Part shown: piece by piece, positions 22,880 to 35,500 of the stretch
How positions within the stretch are numbered: position 1 is the stretch's first letter
Layout of the letters: every line of letters begins with the position of its first letter
Assembly (NCBI GenBank): GCA_000934665.2
Contig: KZ538174.1
Coordinates: 62,001 to 113,978, forward strand
Direction: 5' to 3'
Length of the DNA stretch: 51,978 bases
Origin: Catajapyx aquilonaris
Taxonomy: Eukaryota
The notes under the pieces: model-generated
Told to the model about the DNA's origin: nothing
Databases searched by the model: none
What the model saw: the letters and a program-made list of their open reading frames with translations, nothing else
Made by a program: the position numbers and the translations under genes

Positions 22880-25800
22880 TAATAATAATAATAATAATAA
22901 CAATAATAATAATAATAATAAGAATGGATACCCCGTGATAGGCCTCCTTGGGCCTCTTAGGGGATCATTGAACAACCATCTTTAATCATTGCCTGCACTG
23001 TGATGGATTATGATTGCGGGAGGAAACGGGAGAACCCCGAGAAAATCCACGTGAAAACGGAGAGAACCCATCGAAACTCTATCCACATAAGTATCCTCCG
23101 TCCGACCCAGGGATCGAACTCGGAACCTTAGAGGTGGAAGGCTGTGGCACTAACCACTCCGCCACTGTATCGCCCTATCAGAATAACAGGTTATTCCAAC
23201 CATTATATCTGGCTTACCTGTGAAACTATGTTAACCGACATCTTTGGTGGTGGCAGGCTTAAATCCTCTGAGTCCGTTTCTTCTATGGCTAAGCCTTTGT
23301 CTTCATTGCTTATAACCTGTGTGACATATGACATTTATTACCTGTAGAATTCTTTACACTCAAGATAAACTTACCTCAAGGCTGAGCCCCCATGCATTCC
23401 GATAAAACTTCCCATCAGTCATCATTTCCACTGATTCAATCAAAGGCTCCCATAAGGCCAGTTTACTGTTGTAGTATGCCATTTCAAGGCATAGTTGGCC
23501 CAGGACATATAACTGAAACCAGATGTTTTGCAATTGATGGAATAATCTCTTGATAACTAAGCCTACCTGAGTACTCCAGTCTCGAACTTCAGCTTGGATT
23601 CCACAATCAAGCAGGATCATAGGCATCGTGCGGTTTCCAGTTCCAGCTTCCACCGTCACTAAAATTCTACTTGAAGACAGCAGTAATTGCTCATGGCGTT
23701 TCTCTGGCGCTTGTGCCTGCACTGGCTCTTTCAGTGCAAGAGCATCTTGGCCAACTTCTGAAAGTGATGTGCAATCTCACCATCAGCATACCAGCCAAAT
23801 TGAGAGTGAAGGTTGGGACATGAATCATAATATATCATAAATTACCTGTCGCCAAAAACCAAAAATCATTCTCATTTAAGGACTTCACATCCCACAAATC
23901 ACTGTAGTCAGGTTCCTCTTTTACTTCCAAAATTGAATGATCACTCGGGGCACTAAATGAAGAGCTGAGCTTGCTCAAAAGTTCAATTGTCCCTGGAAAA
24001 TGTCAAAAGTCATCAATAAAATTATCCTACATCTCGAAATGCTTCTACATGCCTGGAGAAACTTGAAGAATGATATCTGTCAGATTCACATCCATATGCA
24101 TTCCTTGCCCTTGTGGTGTGTTCCCAACTACATATATTTGACAAGGACTCAAGATCTAACAAAAAATATAATAATTATTGTTAGCCACACCTCTTTCAAG
24201 TAAGTCTGGATTTTGCACTACTTACCAGTGCCATAGTGTTTTCTCTTTCTTGTGGATTATAACAGCAGGTGAAAAGCTGAAGATCCTTCACAGTGGCACT
24301 GAAACTTTGCTGATCTTCATTGGACCTCATCTTCACTGCTATCTCAGTCTGAAAATGTGCAATCATATTTGCATTAAGAAAAGGTTGTCAAGCTATTTCC
24401 CAAACACAAAGCGAAATTACCTGTAGCACTATTGCATTGGAGTCAATGTCCTCAACATCTTCAACAATTATAATGTTTGGACGTTCCAGTTTTAAATTTA
24501 AGGTCATCACTGCAGTGGATTCAGGAAGGTCAGCTTCTGGTAACTTCTGTTGTGACACTGTAGATGGCATGGTAACCTCCTTTGCCTTGGGTGTTTCTTC
24601 TGAGCCACTAAATATACCTAGCACTTGCATCATGAATGGGGGACACAGAACCAAATTGAATCCAAACACCTTCACCTCAACTGGAAGACAAAACGCCCAC
24701 ATTTTAGATGTACATTTTCTACATATACCCTGTACAATGAGAAACCACTCACTGAATTTATCTCCATTCACTCCTTGTGTAAAGGTGATGTCAATCATGC
24801 CTTCACTTTCGGTTTGATCTTGTTTTTCCATGTATCGCTTCACACCACTCATTCGTTCCTGTCGTAAATCATCTAGGATGCAGTTCATCAGGACCACACG
24901 AGCCCAGATGGTATTATTGGAGAGCATGTTTCCTTTGATAGATATGACTTGCAGTGCCAAACGTCCCAAGGCTTGCTTTTCCTGGCGAGGAACTTGGCCT
25001 TTCATGATATCCTGTGCAATAAATTAAATTTTACCCTGTTCTAATCACACACAGACAAGCCTTCACTCTCTCTCTCTCACCAGATCAGATTTCCCACTGT
25101 ACAGCGCAATACTCAATTCCTCAAATGTAAAAGAGAATGTGATCTTTTTATGGGTGATCCCCAGAGATGACAACTCAGCTTCAACCTTGTCAGCTGATTC
25201 TGAGTGAGAAGCAGGCTCTGTAAAATATAATTTGAGGTATTGAAAGAAGGGTCAAGTTAAAAAACTGATTTCACACTCACTTGACTTCACTTCCTTTTCT
25301 TTCACTGCATTGGAAATGCAAGAATAATATACAATAGTTTAATACATTATAAAATGGTGCAGACCCTCAAGCTACAGCACTGTATTACCAACAAGTGGTG
25401 AGCACTGGCAAAATTACTCTGCATCACTTCAGACATCTCTATTTCTGTTTTGATGAGAGGCAGGCACATAAAGGCCTGTCCTTTCACTACCCAGTCCATT
25501 CACACCCACCACGTCTGCTCTGGCATGTATACTTCCTCTCAAGGCAGAAATAAACAGGCTAGAAGTGATAAACGTAAAATTTTACTAGAGCTCACTACAT
25601 GGTGATATGGCATGTATGCGGCATGTACAGAAATTACCTTACCCAAATCCCATAGTTTTCGCGCGCGCCCCAAAAAAGTGGAGGGGTGGGGTAGTAAACA
25701 AAACGTAATTAAAAATCTCCATTAAGATTATCTGGATTTTAGAATTCATATTTGTGAAGAGTAACAATGGAACTAGGATGGCACCAAAGTTAAAGTTAAT

Positions 25801-27058
25801 TTGACAGTTAACTGAAAAAATTGGATTACACTTTGGACAGTGAATTTCTGTGGAGTGTGGTAATAATTGCTGTCACTACATTAATTTGTTACGAGGCAGG
25901 ACATTAATTTTAATAATGAACCTGAGGGGCCACACAAACCTGAAGACAGCATTAAAATTAATTACAAAAATTCCACCACTGAATTTTGAAGTTTTTATCA
26001 CAGCTTGCAGATGTCGAATTTTCTGTGCATTTTTGAATGCAGGGATTTTAAAAGCCATTTCACATTAATTCGAAATCACTTATCGTGCACATTAGACTGA
26101 GGTCTAAATACACAATATCATCACATTTTAATTTATTAATTAATAACAATGTTAAATGTAGTTCAGCAAAGTGTAGCAATTTCTGAAAATGTACACAAGA
26201 TATCAACATTTTAAATTCTGTGACAGAATTTTTGTAATTAATTTCAATGCAGTCTTTGGGTTTATGTGGCCCCCTCAGGTTCATCATAAAATGAATGTCC
26301 TGCTACGTAACAAATGAATGTAGTGACAGCAATTATTATTACCAGACCCCACAGAAATTCACTTTCCACAGTGTAATCATATTTATAATAAATCAATAAT
26401 AATCCTGGGGTAGCGCTTTCACCCCCAAATGGGGGTATATCACACGGACCTTTATTTTTTATTATTATTGTACAGTTGGTGCCTATTAATTGAAGCGCTC
26501 GGGCCCACGGGCAGGATGACAGGAGGGGATGTGCAAAGTGCAGTGCGCGGACTGATATGGGTACATTTTGTGAACTCCCCCGGGTGGATACGTCTATTGG
26601 AGATTCCACCCGAGACGAAGCCAGAGAAGACCTAAACTCTGCACGAGATGAAGGGGGTGTCCCCGGTATGGGATCGAACCCGAGTATAATCATATTTGTT
26701 TCAGTTGTTAACTGTGAAATTAACTTTAACTTTGGTGCCATCCAAGCTCCATTGTTACAATAAATAATTATCAATTTTAAAGCCCAGATAATCTTAACAA
26801 AGATTTTTTATCACATTTTGTTTACTATCCCATCCCTCCACTTTTTTGGGGTGTGCGTAAACTATGGGATTTACGTAAGGTTCTAACTTCACTGGCTAAC
26901 TTCACCCACATTTTATGAATGACCATCACATTTGTTTTTGTCCAAGTACTATCATTTGCATTGTTCTAGTTTACAAATATATACATCCGAAGGCATTCGT
27001 AATGACAAGCACATTTCCCCCAAATTTTGAACCACAGCATATGTTCATTGTTATTATT

Positions 27059-27120
<62 letters not shown>

Positions 27121-30100
27121 TATTATTATTATTATTATATCCTCCTGAGACCTGATGTCCAATATATTGGACATCAGGTCTCAGGAGGATGTGGATCACT
27201 GCAAAAAATGTGTGCAAAAGGAACTACTCTGAACATGGAATCAAATAAAAGTACACTGTCCCAGCAATAAACATTTGGTAACATGATACTGTACACACCA
27301 GCTAGATTGCCACTGTATCTAGTTTTTACTGAATTCATTCATTATTTTGGAATACCTACTCAATAAATATGTTAACATTTTTACATAATTTAGAAAAATG
27401 TTGCAAAACCTGTGTCATAAAATAATCTGGTGTTGTACAAATATTGTCTAAATCATGATTTTGTATTTCCAGATGGCTTCGTAAATCTTCCTGCACACAG
27501 GCAGGTTAATTTCACACACACCCTTCCTTACATTTAGTTTTACAACTGCTCACAAAAAAAACCCTCTCAGAATTAAGGTAACATATTCTCATATCTGCGA
27601 ACAGTTGACTTCTGGCTGCGAAGGTGCCTCTTCTCGCACGTGAGTGGACTAGCTGTACGAGAAGAGTTTATATTTTCGGGCAACACACCGGTCCATGTGA
27701 TACGAACGTGTCTACCTAGGGTTGAAAATTATCGCAGGGAAGCACTATTTCATACTCCCAGGACCAATCAGGGCGCAGAGCTGAGTCACGTGGCATGCTC
27801 CCTCCCCTCCCCTCCCCCGACCTCACCTCACCACCCCCTGACCCATGTCCAGAAGCTGGTAGAAACTAGAAAGATGGCAGCGACTGCAATTAGTGCAGTA
27901 GCGAAGGCCCGCGGAATGTGTCGAGCAATTGAGGAAAGGAATCAAGTTGTGGTAGAAGCAGCAGGTGAAGGGGCATAGGGCCAGCTCATTGAGGAGGTGC
28001 AGTGCCGGCCCCGACTGTGGGACTTGTCCATTTTTCCTACATGTCCACTTGGGGTCTCACATCTTATGTCCTTGCACTAATGAAAACACCCCTTGTGAGA
28101 AGACAAATTCGCATGCATCAAAAAGTGCCCGTTCTTGTGCGAGAGTTGCCTGTTCGCAGATATGAGAATAGACCTTTAGTCTCACGGTCAGATCTGATAC
28201 AAATACAAATCTAGTAGTCAATAGTTAAAGCAGTCAAAATTACTCCAGCAATGCTAACAAAAACATCTCAGAGAGATTGTGGACAGTACCAGTTGTGCAT
28301 GGCATATTACAGAAGATATGACTCAAGAAACACCCTGCTGTAATCATTATTGAAAAAAATTGATGCTGTTAACAGCATTTGACACCTTCTGGACATTTGA
28401 AAGCAGGTCAGTTACCTAATATGTGGCTGACCTGTTTAAATAGAGCCGTATGTCAATCGAGACCCCTATTTTAATTGAGCACACAAGTGAAAATCACACT
28501 CCAACACATTCATTACCTATGTGGCTGACCTATTTCCTAATGTCTAGAACAGGGCTATTCAACTGGCGGACGGCGGCGCAATTTTGTCCGGACAGCGACA
28601 ATATACAGGACAGTTTGAAATATCATGATAAATTACTAATTCATGATGTTTTTGTGCCTGTACAGTACATCATAAAGGGCAAAAATGTCTTAATATGGCA
28701 TGTCTTGATAGGCCCTTCTACCCTTGCTGCACATGTTTCTATTTTCGAATATGAACCCTGTGGTTCCATATAAAATCTATATATTTTTATCCGGGGGGGT
28801 CTGGACCTTCAATGGCCCAGGAAAGGTAAATACTGGACCTTGTCATAAACTAGTTGAATACCCCTGGTCTAGAAGGTGTCAAATGATGTTAACAGCATCA
28901 ATTTTTCCCAATAATGATTATACAAGTGCAGGGCATGCTGAAGTTACGTATGATAATTATAACCCATGCAGAAACTCTCAAATGATGAACAATGTTAATG
29001 TCAAATAATACAACAGCAACTTTTGGCACAGAAGGTACCCTGCATTATTGATCTTGAGATTTTATTTTTCCCTTCCTCAGTTGCAATATACCTGGCCACT
29101 GTATGAGTATGTTGGATAGGGCCCAGGTGCCCTGTAACAATTGTGGCTCAAGGCGACATTTTAAATAATGTTTTCGTCTTAAGAATATTTATTTGCACAT
29201 TTAAAGAATGAATTATGAGAAATTTCTCCATTCAAAATCAGACCCTCCCATAACGCACTTCCACAAATACAAACTTGACACCAACCTGCAACAGTTGATG
29301 GACCACCACCTTCCATCACTTGCTTCTGCCCACCAGCTTCAGGACCATCACCCAGGTTTTCACTAAGAATCTGCATTAGTGTGGTGTAGTCCTCTTCACT
29401 GAAGGTAAGCTGCAAGAAAAAAGTAACATTTTACACAGTGTTTGAAAATGACTTGGGCAAATATCTACAGGGTGTATCGTACTAGAAGGTCAACCTCCAT
29501 TCAGAATACTCGTTGACCTAAAAGAAGTCGAATATGTATGGGAAAGAAATGTCGAGGGACCAATCGGTAATGAGGTAGATGACCAGAAACATTAGCCTGC
29601 CCCTAGACACATGTCGCAAGACATGATGTCTCTTCATTGAGAAATCCCCTGTCAGACGGACTCACTCACCCAGGGGTCACCTGGGGAGCAGGGCACAAAA
29701 TAATATTGGGTAGTTTGGATCTCACATCAGATATAGCATGGACCTTTATATAATGCATACCTTTTGAGCATCCAGAGGAGCTTGTTGGTGCAATACTTTT
29801 GGGATGGGATTTGATCCCCAGACCTCCCGCTTGGCTGGCCAGTATCATAGACCCCCATGTCCCCCTACTCCCAGGGAGCAGAATATGAGCATGAAAATCA
29901 TTACTGATGGGAGTTTGAGAGATTACCTCTTTTGCAGAAAAATGATCATGATCATATCCTGCTCCCTAGGCAACCTGTGTAAGGCAAGCAGATCTGTCAG
30001 GGGATCTCCTTACAAAGCGGTGTCAGTGAGTGTTGCCACATGTATCTAGGGGTAGGCCAACGTATCTGGTAGCCTACCTCATTACTGGTTGGTCCCTAGA

Positions 30101-30679
30101 CTTCCCCCCCNNNNNNNNNNNNNNNNNNNNNNNNCCCCCCCCCCCCCCCCTCCAAACACTACTGTTTTGGGTCAATGAGTACATTGACTTTCAGTTGCCC
30201 TGGGCATCAGAGGATCACTCTCGGGGTGTCACTTGAGAACTGTATCTAGTACATACTCTCCTTTCAGCAAGAGAATAGTACTGGCATTACAGATAATGAA
30301 TAAGGTGAGTCGGGGCAAGTACGACCCTGTTTTACATAGGTTTTAGTGAACTCCCCCGGGTGGTTCAGTCTGTAGGAAATACCACCCGAAACGAAGCCAG
30401 AGGTGACCCAATGAACTCTGCACGAGATGAAGGGGGTGTCCCCGGGCTGGGATCGAACCCGGGACCTTAACATCCGTGGGCGCATACGTTACTGCAGCAC
30501 CACTCCGTCTCCCCCCAACCCTAGGTCTATAGGATCCATTTGAGAGATGGCGGCACTTGATTGGCTCCTTAGGTGAGGAGTTATGCGAGTTTTCCCACCT
30601 CGTAAATGTAGGATAAAACCGCATTAAAATGGCATAGAATGATACAGATCCACTCTGCCAAAGTATTACATGGTAATAC

Positions 30680-30750
<71 letters not shown>

Positions 30751-32529
30751 GATACCCCGTGATAGGCCCCTTGGGCCTCTTAGGGGATCATCTTTTGAAT
30801 AACCGATTTTAATCATTTGCCTGTAATGTGATGGATTTTGATAGTGGAAGGAAACGGGAGAACCCCGAGAAAACCCACGCGAACACGGAGAGAACCCATC
30901 GAAACTCTATCCACATAAGTATCCTCCGTCCGACCCGGGGATCGAACTCGAGACCTTAGAGGTGGAAGGCTGCGGCGCTAACCGCTCGGCCACCGTGTCG
31001 CCCACTACATGGTAATACTATGTGATCACAACCACTAGAAAACTGGTATTGCACTATTGTCTACCTCTCAGGGGCAATATGTTGTAATGTGGTGAATCAT
31101 ATCCATGTTAAGTCATTCTGATGGCACTAACAGACACTGGAACATTTCTTAGAACTCTAGTTCACCTTCTCGAATGCTGTAAATAAGAAAACAAACAAAC
31201 AAACACCTGTACTTTATACATTATACGTGTAACATACGTTAACTCATATCCCATTGACAACGGCCACCGCACTGGCGAAGTTCTGTGCACGGCAAGTTAG
31301 CTTTTTTGCACTTGCACTTCACCATGCACAATTTCTTGCATCCGCATTTTATCAGAAGGAGCAGAGACTCTTGTGGTACTGGAAGAGTGATCCATACAGG
31401 CTCCCATGACACTGTACTGCCCTGAGCAGCACGAATCCAGCCCCAGCCTGATGGATCTGGAAGATCTTGCATGGCATTCAGACATTGGCCCCAAACCTGC
31501 CCTCCCTGGTAGCCAGCTCAGAGGCAACATCTTGGGTGGGTGGTGACACCTTTTAGCTATATTCAGGGTCCTTTGTGGACAGGTGTCACCTCATTACCTT
31601 GTAATACTTCGGCAGAGTGGATCTGTACCATTCTATGGCATTTTAATGCGGTTTTATCCTACATTTACTAGGTTTCCATGTTTTGAGCCTGACCAGGTGG
31701 GCAAACTCACATAATTCCTCACCAACCGAAGCAGGTTGGCATAGTGGATAAGGCTTCCGACTGCTAATCGGGAGGTCCTGGGATCAAATCCCGGGGCCGG
31801 CAACTCTGACCGTGGTTTTCTGTGGTTTCCCACGGTCCTTCCAGGAAAATTCCGGAGTTGATTCCGTAATTAACAGGCCACAGCCGCTTCCTTCCGTCCC
31901 TATCCCATTTCAAAAAGAGCAGTAAAATGAAAGCAAAGAGTTCCAGGCAAAAGAAAACTTCCCCCCTAAAGAGCCGAAAAAGGCTGATAACGGGGTATGA
32001 ATTATTATTATTATTACATAATTCCTCACCTAAGGAGCCGATCAAGTGCTGCCATCTCTCAAATGGATACTATAGACCTAGGGAACATGTCTGCCAAGTG
32101 GCACCTTCTTGTCACAAAGTGCCGAGTTAAAACTCTTAGTTCCCTGATCAGGTTGGCAACACAGCATAACTCGTGACCTAAGGGGCCAGTCAGTTGCCTC
32201 CAACTCGGAAATTGCTCCTATAGGTCTAAGGAACATATGTACCAAGTGGCACCTTCTTATCCCAAAATCCAAAGTTAAAAATGGTTCAAAACGCTCAGGT
32301 CCAGGACCAGGTTGGCAACACCTCATAACTCCTGACCTAAGGAGCCGATCAAGTGCCGCCATCTCTCAAACGACTCCTACAGACCTAGGGAACATATGTG
32401 CCAAGCGGTACCTTCTTATCACAAAATGCAATTTTAAAAACGCTCAGGTCATCCCCGGCCATGTTGGCAACATCGCATAACTCGTGACCTAAGTGGCCGA
32501 TCAGTTGCCTGCAACTCTGGAATTGCTCC

Positions 32530-32587
<58 letters not shown>

Positions 32588-35500
32588 GACCTAGGGAACA
32601 TGTCTGCCAAGTGGCACCTTCTTGTCACAAAGTGCCGAGTTAAAACTCTTAGTTCCCTGATCAGGTTGGCAACACAGCATAACTTGTGACCTAAGGGGCC
32701 GATCAGTTGCCTCCAACTCTGGAATTGCTCCTATAGGCCTAAGGAACATATGTGCCAAGTGTCACCTTCATATCACAAAGTGCAAGGTTAAAAGGCTTAG
32801 GGCCCGGACTAGTGTCAAAGTATCCATTTTCAATAAAAATCTGCATAAGACTTGAGTATGCCAAGAGGAGAAAAAGTCCCCAATTTACATAGTTTCAGTT
32901 GACATGTGAACCGCACTCACAAGTTTAGCACACATTTAAACCTGAAAAATCCACTCCAAATAATAATGCTCCACCTCTGCGGTCTTCCATAGGTGCACTT
33001 GCCCCAGTGTCACATTGTCATGGGGCAACTGCGACCTAGGCAACTAAAGGTGACGTCTTATTCTTATCGTTAATTACACAATATCTATGAAAAGGTCATA
33101 GAAAATGCTTCATAACTATGCAAAAATAGAACACCCAGCATGTTGAAGTGTACCTACCGAAAATACAGTAAAACTTCTTGAGTTATAGAAGATTCGAGTT
33201 AGAGAAGTTTGCAATTTTTAAAGCACATAACTCTATAAGGAAGCCTACCTTTATATCCAGCGACGAAAGGTTTTCAAAACTTAAAAATAACTGTCATTAT
33301 TACACTTACAATGTTCCTCGTTGTTTTGGTGTGAAAAAATCTGTTATGGACATGTTGCCTACTCTTAGATTCAAGGATTCAATTGTCACAATCAAGTCAA
33401 ACACTTCTTTCGGTACGTCTGGTAGACGGAGATCAGGAAATTGAGCCTTTCTGTACACGTGGCCTACTCTCGACCCTTCGTCTGGGAAGTGAGAAGATTT
33501 TCCGTACTCGCCAACATGAACTTCGACTTAGGGAGACTGAAAATGCATCGATATCCCATCGTAAGGCCCTGCCTGCACTTCGAGTTATAGAAATTCGAGT
33601 TAGGGAAGTTTATTTCCTATTATTTTACATTGTGACCAACCAAGCTCATCATTTTATTCGAGTTATAGAGAACTTCGACTTAGGGAAGTTTGACTTATAG
33701 AAGTTTGACTGTATCTTCCGAAGTTCGTCAATCTTCTTCTGAAGGTGAGATGTGAGGGTCGCGCGTTCCGCCTCCGTCATAGCCACACAAAGCCAGTAAC
33801 GAGGGAACTGTTTTTGCCCTACGTTGACCGAGGTCAGGACAATCGTATGGGGCTCCCATACCGTGGTAGGATTTTTTCCCAAAGTCGCACTTACCCCGAT
33901 TCGGCACTTGCCCCGACTCACCTTAAGTGACATTGCCAAACTAACTTACGCACATAATATTCTATTTGCTTTATATAATATTTATGTTACAACAAATTTA
34001 ATCCTCAACTCTTTTGCAGTTTGTGTGCAATTAAGGGAAGAACCGCACGTCATAACTACATTTGACTTTCACAGCTGTATGTAAATGATAAACTAATAAC
34101 ACCAGGTTACTAGCTGCATAGCACCTATCCTCATCCCAATTGCTATAACCAATACATTGAAAGAATACCTGAAAGAGGTCAATGACCCAGATGCCTGGGA
34201 TTTAAAAATCTGCAACTAAAAAATAACGAACCAATGCAGTCGGACATATGACACGTCCTCTTTTTTTCTATCTCCAGTGGACACAAAGAAGCACTCATTC
34301 TATCCATTAGTGGCTTTCTGAATTTAATGGCAGGCTGCAGAATCCTTTTTAGGATAACAGATCTGTTGCACCCGTGACAGTATTTCTTCTGCTACTACTT
34401 ACTTGGAGTGGGCCCAGCCAGCCTGAAATGTCCAATTCAGGCGCTTCTTTGTACCAGTGGACACTCAAGTTGCGAACCACATCCAATCCAAAACTAGCCG
34501 GATCGAGTACAAGGCACTCTGATAAAATATCGAGTGCCTCTGTTTCTAAGATAGACCTGAAAAATTACAGAAAACCATGATTAATTCAATATAATCACAA
34601 GCAGATTATTGGCTTTCAGTGGTTTCATGCACCAGGTAAGTGCATAGAGAGAGAGGGGGGGAGAGGGAGGGAGGATAGAGAAAGTTGGGAGAGAAAGGAG
34701 AATAGCTGCCTTTTCACCCCCAAAAAACCATACACTGTATAAATAGCACTGGCCAAAGTCAATTAATGAACATTGCTGCCTCCAGAAAAGGATAGGTTGA
34801 AATTTTCGTCTCACTTATAGTTACTGCTAACTTAGCAGTATCAGTGGTGGCAATGGTAGTCTCAGTTAGCAGTTTAACTATCAGTGAGACGAAAATTCCA
34901 CCCCTACTGATCAGTCTTACCTTGAGAGCTGCAGCTGTTGCAAGTTTAGTCGGATTTTGTCAAATATGGCTGGCATTCCCAGCTCATTGGTTGCTGACTG
35001 CAATTCAAATGTATTCTTCAATGTGAGGAAACCAAGATCAACAACAATGGCTGCTGGGCTATTCTTGTTCCTTGGCACAATGATTATGGGTGCCTGGAAA
35101 ATAATGATACCATCAAGAGTATAGTACTGAGTTAGTGTTAAGCAATAATAATGATTAAAGAGTCTCTCGGCCCTTGGTAAACAACCTTCAGCTTGATATT
35201 CAGAGACATTCTGCTAGCTTGTGAATACACCTCTTCCATATTATGCCTTGCTGCTTCAGCAGCTGCCGCTGATGCAGCGAGTAAAGCTTCTTTTGCTGTT
35301 TGGAATTGGTCTACAAAAGCCTATCAAAACACAAGAAAACTGTCACAAATTTGTCAAATTATTTATATATAGCTGAAACACACACCATGACGTCTGCCAC
35401 AAACTTGTTCAAGAAGACGATTTTGGTGCCACCGAATGTTACTTTAACTGCCATGTCAACCGCATTCACATCTACCATTCCCTTGCCATCAGTTGCATCA

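Larger units (their letters stand above)
30519..32811 (-). mobile_element. Academ-like DNA transposon remnant with long TIRs containing tandem subrepeats
   Basis: Coding relic at 31239-31530 reads [24 protein letters not shown]...WEPVWITLP...[33 protein letters not shown], a Cys8-type finger as at the end of Academ proteins. 30519-30678 is inverted relative to 31593-32080. Subrepeats of ~125 bp run to a ...cccggaCTA terminus at 32811. Confidence 0.65.

Noticed and set aside
22773..22985. Poly-Asn, poly-Ile and poly-Leu ORFs (also 26915-27174 and 45445-45825)
   Set aside because: Translations of (AAT)n microsatellites or SINE tails.
29092..29131. Additional 40-nt VPS13 exon candidate
   Set aside because: It has AG/GT boundaries but shifts the frame relative to the preferred flanking phases, and no compensating exon was found.
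30103..30150. Poly-C tracts with N runs (also 48911-48935)
   Set aside because: Assembly gaps at homopolymers, not biological features.
31239..31472. Host tesmin/CXC-domain gene nested in VPS13
   Set aside because: Fragmentary, with an upstream in-frame stop, and enclosed by inverted arms; better explained as a transposon relic.
31724..31803. tRNA gene with GCT anticodon (also at ~46260-46342, ~46495-46571, ~50495-50571)
   Set aside because: No proper acceptor stem and no long serine variable arm; the sequence continues into a SINE body with tail and TSD, so these are SINE heads.
32030..32800. CRISPR-like or satellite array
   Set aside because: Eukaryotic context, no unique spacers and no cas genes; these are degenerate subrepeats in a transposon arm.
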